Positions 1 to 10,589 of a stretch of 64,000 bases of DNA are shown here, in pieces; position 1 is the stretch's first letter; every line of letters starts with the position of its first letter. Under the pieces are notes generated by a model that did not search any database, had not been told where the DNA came from, and was given only the letters and a program-made list of their open reading frames with translations. A program made the translations under genes and the position numbers. Source of the DNA: Mobula hypostoma (taxonomy: Eukaryota); contig NC_086109.1 in the NCBI RefSeq assembly GCF_963921235.1, positions 1,364,001 through 1,428,000 of the forward strand. Reading direction: 5' to 3'.

Positions 1-130
1 AAGCACCATGTTGTCTCAAATAAACAAAGGAATCTCGGTTATTTTCTCGATTTCTTTCTGTTCTTTAAAAGCTGTCCCAATTACCTGGCTGTCTCAGTTA
101 ACAGACCGCTCAATTATTCGGAATCCACGT
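1..130. mobile_element. Terminal part of a Tc1/mariner (pogo/Tigger-like) non-autonomous DNA element
   Basis: Ends in ...gtcccaattacctggctg...caattattcggaatccac, resembling the repeated CAATTAA subterminal motifs of Tigger-like MITE ends; its first ~40 bp recur at ~1045-1085. Confidence 0.4.
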
Positions 131-214
131 GCCCCTCTCAGTGTCTGATATTTCAGAGAAGATAGTACGTATGCTTTTAATGCTCTTTAATTCTAGTAAC
201 TTGATGTAAAACAT

Positions 215-340
215 TCACCTCTTTCCTGTACTGCGGTGAGTGGAACAGCACAGTTTACTCCAACCGTGGTCTAACCGAAGTGTTTAACAGCTGCAACGTG
301 GCTTGCAACATCTACACTCAACAGCTGACTGGTGAAGGCA
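215..340 (-). mobile_element. Degenerate CR1 LINE RT remnant
   Basis: Reverse complement resembles the CR1 segment LQLYKTLVRPHLEYCVQFWSPHYR. Confidence 0.5.
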
Positions 341-1660
341 ACTATCCCCGATGTCTTCTGCTGTAATCTACTTGTATTGCCGCTTTTCGGGAGCCATGGT
401 CTTGAACCTTAAGATTTCTCCGTACATCGTCCACACTTGCCTTGCTGAAGTTAGTGTCTACTGTGACGTATTCAATCAGGTTCGAAGATAAATCCCTGAA
501 TATTATCCAGTCCGGTGACTCAAAACAGTCCTGTAAGTGCTCCTTCGCAACCCCCGCCCCCAACCATATCTTCTAGTTCCTCACCACTGGTGCTGAGGTC
601 TTTAGTCTCTGTCTATACGCTGGGAGTAGGAGTACAGCCAGGTGATCGAACTTTCCAAAGTGTCGGCGTGAAATGACATGTTAAGGTTCTTGACGGTGGT
701 ATAACAGCGGTCAAATGTGTTGGCTTCTCTGGGCCCACAGGTAATATCTTGGTGGTAGTTGCTCAGAATGTTCTTTAAGCTGGCCTGGTTGAAATCTCCT
801 GCAATGATACGGAAGGTCTTGCGGTGCGCTGTTTCGTGCCTGCAGACTACGGCACCTAGCTCCTCTAGTGCCTGCCTAACGCTAACTTGAGGTGGAATGT
901 ACACCGCTGCTGGGATGATGGCGGAATACTCCTTCGGCAGATAAAATTGTCGCTCGAAGCACGGTGTACTGTGTAATGACCACACAATGTACACGTCACT
1001 GACGCTAGTTAGAAACTGTTCGGCGACAACTTCCTGCTCCAATTAAGCAGCATGTTGTCTGAAATAAACAAAGGAATCTCGGGAATCGCGGCGTAGACGT
1101 TCCAGGTCGGATGAGCAGGACTGAGACAGAACCGGCGTGTCTGTGCACCAGACTGAGTTAATTGTAAGCATACCCCACCTCCTCTTCCTTTAAAAGAATG
1201 ATCTGCCCTCTCTATAAGGTAAATACTGAAGCTATCGAGCAGCAGCGTTGCGTCTGCAATGACGGGGGATAGCCACGTTTCCGCGAAGCAAAGTACACAG
1301 CAGTTCCTGATGTCCCTCTGGTACAGCAATGTTGCTCTAAGGTCTTCATTTTTATTTTCCAGAGACTGTAAATTCACCAGAAGGATACTCAGGAGCAGGG
1401 GCCTAAAGCCTCTGCGTTTCAATCTCGCTTGCAGCACGCTTTCCGTGTTTCCTCCTTCTTAAAGGGAAAGTGCACCACCACCTAACGGCTGCAATCTGGG
1501 ATCCGTCGATTTTGAGTACCGATAGATTTTTCCAGTGTCTTAAAACCATGTTGCTTACTGAAATACCCATGCCGTGACTGTGAATTTCAACTGTAGTAGT
1601 CTTGAGCGGGAATATTTGATGATATTCGGAGTGCACGCAATAACTGGCCCATTATGATGT
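341..1660 (-). mobile_element. Rex1/Babar-type LINE, endonuclease region, frameshifted
   Basis: ORF pieces SILLVNLQSLENKNEDLRATLLYQRDIRNCCVLCFAETWL, FYLPKEYSAIIPAAVYIPPQ, IIAGDFNQASL and LQDCFESPDW match the Rex1 APE domain; same family as the element at 55981-60265. Confidence 0.85.
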
Positions 1661-2189
1661 GGACAAATATGGGTAGGCCGAAACGATCGGTAGCGTGAAG
1701 CAAACACTAGCAGTTGCCAGGCCTCAGAAACCTTTTTCTAGTCGTGTTAAAATATCACCAAATATTCAGTATAACACATAGAAAAAGCTGGAGGAACTTA
1801 GTAGGCCAGGTGACATATATGTAAAAAATAAACAATCGATAAACAATAAATAAAATCTTCAAATGAAAAGTGGGTGTGCATAACAACCCGGAATGGTTGT
1901 CGTCAAGCCGGTGCCTGTCGGTCGGGCTGGACCAGACAGGAAAACTGCAGGGCGGACCGTGAAAAGAACTGCCAGGGCACTAATGGAAGCAATATGACAG
2001 CGGTATTGAAGAGGCGTTTACATGGGAATATGAATACACTGAAATGAGGGACAAGGCTTGCATTTCTAGCCGAAGAGATTTAGTTTAAATTGGCTGCATG
2101 CTCAGCACAGACATTGTGTCTGAAAGGCGTGGTCTCTGCTGTACTGTTGTGTGTTCTCTGATTAGATACGTATATTCGTTTACAGTTTC

Positions 2190-2490
2190 AGCACAGAAAC
2201 AGGTCCTTCCGATCCAAGGAACCCTCGCTGGCCAGTATGACCCGTTCGTCTCTGGAATGTGCGAGAAAACTGGAGCTTAGAAAAATAGAGGGCTATGGGT
2301 AACCACAGTAATTTCTAAGGTAGGGACATGTTCGGCACAACTTTGTGGGCCGAAGGGCCTGTATTGTGCTGTAGGTTTTCTATGTTTCTATGTTTCACCC
2401 AGGGTAAACTCTTTACAGACAGCGGCGGTATTGAACCCACGTCGTTGGTTCAGTGATAACGTTACACTAACCACCACGATAACGCGCCGC
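2190..2490 (-). mobile_element. tRNA-derived SINE remnant interrupted by a short CR1 3' end (~2280-2396, + strand)
   Basis: ggaatgtgcgagaaaactggagc ... acagacagcggcggtattgaacccacgtcg is the reverse complement of a B-box-containing SINE head; the insert ends in the CR1 tail gggcctgtattgtgctgtagg(tttctatg)n. Confidence 0.55.
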
Positions 2491-2849
2491 TCACTAAGGA
2501 GTAATGAAATCCCTTACTCACATGAGGCCGACAGAGTAAACAGTGCAAATAACGGTAATAAATGGAACGACAGGAGCTGAACAGCAGAAAGGTGCAGGTA
2601 TGATGTACTCTGACGTGGGGCAAACAGAAACGCTGAAGTGACCACAATGGAATAACTGGGAGAGCTGAGGTTAAGAGTCCGAGAAAACGCCGGCAGCGAC
2701 GGGAAGGGGATGTGTAGGAGAGATTGGTTCAGATATTCACATATATTCCTACATCAGTCCTGAGCTCTCGCAGCAGATTTTCATTGCACCCTAAAGATAA
2801 ACTTGGAGGAAGTAATGAACCTGAGATGGTCGGAGCAGCGATGCCATTA

Positions 2850-3300
2850 TCTACAGCTCCTGGCGGTCCAGGGCAGAACAGTTGTTATACCAGGCTGAGA
2901 TGCAGCCGGCACAAATAATTTCTATAGCGAGTCAGTGGAAGTTCGGGATCATTCCCGTGGACAAGCCGAATCTTCGTAGTCGCTGAACAAATGACATTTG
3001 CGGATGCGTTTTCTTGATCACCGTCAGTGTGCACAGAGCAGGAGAGGTTGCTGGTGATGGGCATTGCAAAGAATCTGAAGCTGTGCCACATCTCTACCAC
3101 GGCGCAATTGGTGACAGGGTTATCATTATCAAAACCTCTCCTCACCCCTCCATACCTGAAGCATCTCATATACTTGAAAACCCCCTTTGCTCTCTGGAGC
3201 TCTACCTCCTGAACCACCACACGTACAGGCACAGGTGCCGGTCACTCCTGCTCTCATCGTAGGTTGACCAAGAGCCGGCGTGGAAACAGCGGGAACTTCT
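2850..3300 (-). mobile_element. Old Rex1-type RT C-terminal remnant
   Basis: VVEMWHSFRFFAMPITSNLSCSVHTD aligns with VEQVKSFKFLGVNITNDLTWSNQ of the Rex1 copy at 59405-60007. Confidence 0.5.
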
Positions 3301-3419
3301 CAGCTGTAGAATAACTCCGCATCTGTGCGCTTTGAACAAGAGGTCCAAGCTGAGCTACCCTCGATCAGAGGCAAACTGGGCACATACCCGCCAGCGAGGC
3401 GGTAGGGGGAAGGGGGAGA

Positions 3420-5395
3420 GAGCATGTATGAAATTTACAGGAAACAGGGAGTAAATCAGGTGCTTGAGGAGTATAAGAAGTGCAAGAAAATACTTAAGAA
3501 AGTAATCAGGAGGGCTAAAAGAAGACATGAGGTTGCCTTGGCAGTCAAAGTGAAGGATAATCCAAAGAGCTTTTACAAGTATATTAAGAGCAAAAGGATT
3601 GTAAAGGATAAAATTGGTCCTCTTGAAGATCAGAGTGGTGGGCTATGTGCGGAACCAAGGAAATGGGGGAGATCTTATATAGGTTTTTTGCGTCTGTATT
3701 TACTAAGAAAGCTGGCATGAAGTCTATGAAATTGAGGGAATCAAGTAGTGAGATCATGGAAACTGTACAGATTGAAAAGGAGGAGGTGCTTGCTGTCTTG
3801 AGGAAAATTAAAGTGGATAACTCCCCGGGACCTGACAGTGTTCCCTCGGACCTTGAAGGAGACTAGTGTTGAAATTGCGGGGGTCCTGACAGAAATATTT
3901 AAAATGTCGCTGTCTACGGGTGAGGTGCCGGAGGATTGGAAAGTGGCTCATGTTGTTCCGTTGTTTAAAAAAGGATCGAAAAGTAATCCGGGAAATTATA
4001 GGCCGGGAGTTTAACGTCGGTAGTAGGTAAATTATTGGAGGGAGTACTAAGAGGCAGAATCTACAAGCATTTGGATAGACAGGGACTTATTAGGGAGAGT
4101 CAACATGGCTTTGTGCGTGGTAGGTCATGTTTGACCAATCTATTGGAGTTTTTTAAGGAGGTTACCGGGAAAGTGGATGAAGGGAAGGCAGTGGATATTG
4201 TCTACATGGATTTCAGTAAGGCCTTTGACAAGGTCCCGCATGGGAGGTTAGTTAGGAAAATTCAGTCGCTAGGTATACATGGAGAGGTGGTAAATTGGAT
4301 TGGACATTGGCTCGAAGGAAGAAGCCAGAGAGTGGTGGTAGAGAATTGCTTCTCTGAGTGTAGGCCTGTGACTAGTGGTGTGCTACAGGGATCAGTGCTG
4401 GGTCTATTGTTATTTGTCATCTATATCAATGATCTGGATGATAATGTGGTAAATTGGATCAGCAAATTTGCTGCTGATACAAAGATTGGAGGTGTAGTAG
4501 ACAGTGAGGAAGGTTTTCAGAGCCTGCAGAGGGACTTGGACCAGCTGGAAAAATGGGCTGAAAAATGGCAAATGGAGTTTAATACAGACAAGTGTGAGGT
4601 ATTGCACGTTGGAAGGACAAACCAAGGTAGAACATACAGGGTTAATGCTAAGGCACTGAGGAGTGCAGTGGAACAGAGGGATCTGGGAATACAGATACAA
4701 AATTCCCTAAAAGTGGCGTCACAGGTAGATAGGGTCATAAAGAGAGCTTTTGGTACATTGGCCTTTATTAATCAAAGTATTAAGTTTAAGAGCTGGAATG
4801 TTATGATGAGGTTGTATAAGGCATTGGTGAGGCCGAATTTGGAGTATTGTGCTCAGTTTTGGTCACCAAATTACAGGAAGGATATAAATAAGGTTGAAAG
4901 AGTGCAGAGAAGGTTTACAAGGATGTTGCCGGGACTTGAGAAACTCAGTTACAGAGAAAGGTTGAATAGGTTAGGACTTTATTCCCTGAAGCGTAGAAGA
5001 ATGAGGGGAGATTTGATAGAGGTATATAAAATTATGATGGGTATAGATAGAGTGAATGCAAGCAGGCTTTTTCCACTGAGGCAAGGGGAGAAAAAAACCA
5101 GAGGACACGGGTTAAGGGTGAGGGGGGAAAAGTTTAAAGGGAACATTAGGGGGGGCTTCTTCACACAGAGAGTGGTGGGAGTATGGAATGAGCTGCCAGG
5201 CGAGGTGGTAAATGCGGGTTCTTTTTTAACATTTAAGAATAAATTGGACAGATACATGGATGGGAGGTGTATGGAGGGATATGGTTCGTGTGCAGGTCAG
5301 TGGGACTAGGCAGAAAATGGTTCGGCACAGCTAAGAAGGGCCAAAAGGCCTGTTTCTGTGCTGTAGTTTTTCTATAGTTTTCTATGGTTTCACAG
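3420..5395 (+). mobile_element. 5'-truncated CR1 LINE (RT domain)
   Basis: ORF 4035-5309 with [51 protein letters not shown] and FFTQRVVGVWNELP; 3' tail of (tttctat[a/g])n. Confidence 0.95.
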
Positions 5396-5399
5396 GCGA

Positions 5400-6180
5400 G
5401 TGAGAGAGAACGCACAAAAGAGTGGGAATTGGAGTAAAATCAAAAGAGGAATGGAGAATTAAATAACCGTGGGAGCAGAGACACAGAGAGAAAGACAGGG
5501 CGAGAAAGGGGATGAGTAAATCAGCGTGGGGGGGGGGGGAAGAGTACTCGTTAGTCAGTGTGAGAGAGTGAGTCACCGAGAGGCACGTGATTGTGAGGAG
5601 AGAAAGCGTGTGAGACTGAGTGAGTAGACGAAGGAGGGAATAAAGGAATGAGAGAATGAGGGGAAGTGGTTGGCGGGGGGGGGCGGGGGGAGGGAAGGAT
5701 GAAGGAGTTTTTAACCTGGTATCCCAGAAGGGGAGACAACTGCTCCTGGTCTGCCCAAAACTTCCTTCACCGCCCGGCTCCGTGACGCTGACTCCCTCTG
5801 CTCAGCTGTCGTTTCCAGGAAAAGGTGGAGATGGGTTTTCACCAGCAGTATCCAACTCGGAGAAAGAGGCAGCATTCGGTAAAATGAAGGATTACTGCCC
5901 AGTTAGGGCGGGGCAGTGTCTCTGAGACGCCCGCAATGGCACAAGACACAGGGACTGCATTGCTGTCGCCGCTCGGTTCGAGCAGAATCTGTCTATGTGC
6001 GTTTGAATGCCTGTCCCGCGATCTGAGGGCTTTCCTGTTGTTCAACAGTTCGCTGCGGTCGCGGTACCCCGGGAGCTGGGGACTGTTAACCCTTTGTGCT
6101 CTATCGTTGTGCGGGAAGTACTATTGTTATAGTGGACATGCAAGAGCCCAGTACTGGGCTTGGGGAAAGTTTAACTGGTG
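5400..6180 (+). repeat. Upstream block of duplicated unit 1 (paralogous to 33448-34250)
   Basis: Shared strings such as ggagtaaaatcaaaagag, tgagtcaccgagaggcacgtgattgt and cgggag[c/t]tggggactgttaa occur in the same order in both blocks. Confidence 0.85.
5569..5589. promoter_or_regulatory. Candidate AP-1 (TGAGTCA) plus E-box (CACGTG) module, conserved in the paralog at 33605-33625
   Basis: 26-bp TGAGTCACCGAGAGGCACGTGATTGT is identical in both duplicated units; function is inferred. Confidence 0.35.
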
Positions 6181-6429
6181 TTGACAGGTTGAGATCTTCG
6201 TGAGTGTGACCGCAGATTTTGCCGAGGAACGCCCCTGTTTTACTCATCAACCCCATGGATCAAAGCTCCATGATGCATGAAGAGCTTGTCATTCTCAATT
6301 TGAGAATTTCGTTCAAATTCTTGCACAGTCTAGAAAGAAAATTCGAACTATTGTTGAATGCTCTAATTCCCTGACTCCACTTGCGAGATCCGTTTCCACC
6401 TTCAGAATCAGTCACTCATGATCGAGGAT

Positions 6430-8172
6430 ATGTCCACTGTGGGAGTGTGCACACGATGGTGAGAGTGTGACTGGGGTCCGTGTACACAGCACGGGATGGT
6501 GAGAGAGTGAATGGGGTCCGTGTACAGAGCACATGATGGTGAGAGGGTGACTGGGGTCCGTGTACACAGCACATGATGGTGAGAGTGTGACTGGGGTCCG
6601 TGTACACAGCACGGGATGGTGAGAGAGTGAATGGGGTCTGTGTACACAGCACGAGGCAACAGGAACGGTGAAGGAGTCCGTGTACACAGCACGGGATGGT
6701 GAGAGGGTGACTGGGGTCCGTGTACACAGCACAGGATAGTGAGAGGGTGAATGGGGTCTGTGTACACAGCACAGGATAGTGAGAGGGTGACTGGGGTCCG
6801 TGTGCACAGCACAGGATAGTGAGCGGGTGACTGGGGTCCGTGTACACAGCACAGGATGGTGAGAGGGTGACTGGGGTCCGTTTTACACAGCACGGGATGG
6901 TGAGAGGGTGAATGGGGTCCGTGTACACAGCACAGGATGGTGAGAGGGTGACTGGGGTCCGTGTACACAGCACAGGATGGTGAGAGGGTGACTGGGGTCC
7001 GTGTACACAGCACAGGATGGTGAGAGGGTGACTGGGGTCCATGTACACAGCACAGGATAGTGAGAGGGTGACTGGGGTCCATGTACACAGCACAGGATAG
7101 TGAGCGGGTGAATGGGGTCCGTGTACACAGCACAGGATGGTGAGAGGGTGACTGGGGTCCGTGTACACAGCACAGGATGGTGAGAGGGTGACTGGGGTCC
7201 GTGTACACAGCACAGTATGGTGAGAGGGTGACTGGGGTCTGTGTACACAGCACAGTATGGTGAGAGGGTGACTGGGGTCTGTGTACACAGCACAGGATGG
7301 TGAGAGGGTGACTGGGGTCCGTGTACACAGCACAGGATGGTGAGAGGGTGAATGGGGTCCGTGTATACAGCACAGGATGGTGAGAGGGTGAATGGGGTCC
7401 GTGTATACAGCACAGGATGGTGAGAGGGTGAATGGGGTCCGTGTACACAGCACAGGATGGTGAGAGGGTGAATGGGGTCCGTGTACACAGCACAGGATGG
7501 TGAGAGGGTGAATGGGGTCCGTGTATACAGCACAGGATGGTGAGAGGGTGAATGGGGTCCGTGTACACAGCACAGTATGGTGAGAGGGTGACTGGGGTCC
7601 GTGTACACAGCACAGGATGGTGAGAGGGTGAATGGGGTCCGTGTATACAGCACAGGATGGTGAGAGGGTGAATGGGGTCCGTGTACACAGCACAGTATGG
7701 TGAGAGGGTGACTGGGGTCCGTGTATACAGCACAGGATGGTGAGAGGGTGAATGGGGTCCATGTACACAGCACGGGATGGTGAGAGGGTGACTGGGGTCC
7801 GTGTACACAGCACGGGATGGTGAGAGGGTGACTGGGGTCCGTGTATACAGCACAGGATAGTGAGCGGGTGAATGGGGTCCGTGTACACAGCACAGGATGG
7901 TGAGAGGGTGACTGGGGTCCGTGTACACAGCACGGGATGCTGAGAGGGTGACTGGGGTCCGTGTATACAGCACAGGATAGTGAGCGGGTGAATGGGGTCC
8001 GTGTACACAGCACAGGATAGTGAGCGGGTGACTGGGGTCTGTGTACACAGCACAGGATAGTGAGCGGGTGAATGGGGTCCGTGTACACAGCACAGGATGG
8101 TGAGAGGGTGACTGGGGTCTGTGTACACAGCACGAGGCAACAGGAACGGTGAAGGAGTCCGTGTACACAGCT
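6430..8172. repeat. 40-bp minisatellite, ~43 copies
   Basis: Unit GTGTACACAGCACAGGATGGTGAGAGGGTGACTGGGGTCC repeats with period 40. Confidence 0.97.
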
Positions 8173-8179
8173 CTAGTCA

Positions 8180-9140
8180 TGTGGGGAGTCTGAGTGGACT
8201 AGTGAGGAAGGGAAGGGAGCGGTGAGGGTGTGGAGTTGGAGAAGTATAGAAGAGAACAGGGAGGGGTGGCGAGACAGAGCTAGAGGGGATGGTGAGTGAG
8301 GGCTGGAAGGGGTGGAGAGGAAGGACTGGAGGGGCCGGTGAAGGAGGGCTGGAGGGTATGTCACAGGAGGGCTGGAGGGGATAGTGAGGGAGATGCAGTG
8401 AGAGGGAAGATGAGGCAAACTGTGGAGAGGGACAGAGTAACTTAGATGACGAGAGTGTGGATGGTGAGCGGATGGAAAGGGATTTTTGCAGGGTGAGTGC
8501 GGACGGTACCCATGGAAGGAGAAGAGATGGGGAAGTGAGATGGGAGTGGATACAGGGATAGAGACAAAGGGTGACGGAAAAAGAGAGGGGAAGGAGGACA
8601 CTGAGGAGTGGCGGCAGATGGGTCGGGAAGAATGGGAGAGAGGGAAAGAAACGAAATGGGAGGTACAGAAGGAGAAGCAGGGAGATTCGGATGGGAGCGG
8701 CAGGAGAGAGAACTCGGAAGGGGTGGAAAGAGTAGAAGAAATAAGAGGCAAAACACAGGGATAGAGAGTGGCAGAGAGGAGATGGAATTGTGCGGAAGAT
8801 GGAAAATGCGATGCTGGGACTGAAGTCCAGCACAGAGTGTAAACTAGAGAGCTGAGAGAGCAAGAAATGGAGAGGAGCAGCGGGGGGGTAGGGAGGTGAG
8901 AGAGTGAGAGATGGAGAGGAGGAGAGAGTGAGCTGGGGTGAGACGGCAGGAGGAGAGGGTGGGCTGAGGAGGTGAGAGAACAGGAGGCGGAGAGGAGCAG
9001 CAGGGGGTAGGGAAGTGACAGAGTGGGAGATGGAGAGGAGGACAGATTGAGCTGGGGTGAGAGAGCAGGAGGAGAGGGGGAGAAGGTGGGCTTGGGAGGT
9101 GAGAGAGCTGGGATTATAAAGGAGGAGGGAGTGGGTGGAC
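8180..9140. repeat. Purine-rich (GA) low-complexity tract upstream of gene 1 exon 1
   Basis: Strong G/A strand bias; an equivalent tract precedes gene 2 (36600-37780). Confidence 0.85.
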
Positions 9141-9248
9141 AGGTGATTGAATGGGAGCTCAGTGGCTGTAACTGGATGTCTCTTCCCGCTCTTTTCCCAA
9201 ATGCCTCTGGAAATCTCCAAGACTCCAAACAGCCAGAAGAGCTTCAAG

Positions 9249-9315
9249 ATGCGGAAGTTCTCCTTGTGGATGGCTCCTTTCCTGTTTTGTGTTGTGGTCT
9301 GTGCCATCTATGTGG
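9249..9315 (+). CDS. CD2/SLAM-family gene 1, exon 1 (signal peptide MRKFSLWMAPFLFCVVVCAIYV)
   Basis: ATG with A at -3, basic N-terminus plus hydrophobic core, phase-1 donor G|GTAAG at 9316; paralogous to 37883-37949 (79% nt identity). Confidence 0.88.
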
Positions 9316-10589
9316 GTAAGTTCAGAGTTAGGAATTGACAAGGAAATGAGTGTCACACAACAATATCTTCTGAACGACTGTTGTCACTTTGAGACTCTGC
9401 TCTCCCATACTCTGACAGAGGAATCACTGTCCTCTCATTCCCTCACCCCTTTCTCCCCCAGTCCCACTCTTGCTCCCCCCACCCCAGTTCCTCCTACTTC
9501 CTTCCACCACCCTGCTTCTCCTTCCCACTTCTCCCTATCTCTCACCAGTAATTTCCTCCCCGTCATCCATTCTCCCTCTTCCTCCCACATATCCCAATAA
9601 ATGCATTCCCCCTCCTCCTCATGCACCCCCACTCCCTCCCTTCTTCAGCCTTCTGTTCCACCCTCACCCTCTGTCTGTCTCTCTCTTTTTTCCCACTGTC
9701 TTTGGTGAACTCTGGACTCATTCTCTCCTTCCCCATACTTTTTGAATTCAGAACCTTTCCACCCACCCCTCTCCATTTCTTCACTTTCTTTCTCCATCTC
9801 TGCCTCTGCTCCTCAATCCCTCTCTATCCCTCTCTCTATATCTTACTCTATACCCAGAGTCCAGCCCATCTCTCTCCTTGTTGGTATTTGACAGCATTTT
9901 ACTCACCTGTCTCCCTGCGAGAACCACCTCTCCCCATCCTGACACCAGCTCCCCATCATGATGGGTATTCAGATCATCACCTCTCTAAGGGATAATATTA
10001 ACAGACTCCAAATCTTGACATGCTCAGTACCAGGCCGAGACCTCACACACAGACACTCAACACAGTCTGTCTGGCACGGTTTCATAGTCAATGTGTATTA
10101 CAGTGAGTCGATTGACAAGGTCCCATGTCAGGCTGGTGAAGAAAACCCCTTGGGACCCAAGGGAGAGTGGGAGATTGGACCAAACTGAGTTTGGTGGGTG
10201 GGTGTTTGTATGACTGGAGTGGGGTCCACAGTGTCAGTGCCCCGCCCGTCACTCTGTTGTAGACAGCAATGGTTTCAAGCTGAATGTAGAGATATTTGTA
10301 CAGAGGTTGTCTGTGTGGATGCCAGTGAGAGGGTCAGTGTGGCCCAGGGAACTGTTAAACCGGTAATACTGGGTGATTTCATGTTCCTAATTTTCACTGG
10401 AATTCCCACAGTGTTAAGGAATTAAAGAAGGCAGAATTTTTCAGTGTCATCCCCATTTAACTAAACCTATCTGATTGCATCACTTCATTTCTTCTCATAT
10501 TTGTATGGATACCTAGAACAAATGAGCAAATATTGGCTACTGTCCAATGTTCAGCGAATCTCACTTCTGGCTAGAGAGGATATGTGGAC

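Noticed and set aside
2400-2490. tRNA gene
   Set aside because: Only a decayed SINE head with a B-box-like motif; no cloverleaf.
5806-5878. Exon-like segment (ctcag|...|GTAAAA)
   Set aside because: The acceptor context is not conserved in the paralogous block; no recognisable product.
6408-8180. Long minus-strand ORFs (590, 574, 416 aa) rich in C/H/P/T
   Set aside because: They are translations of the 40-bp minisatellite, open in several frames, with no splice or start context.
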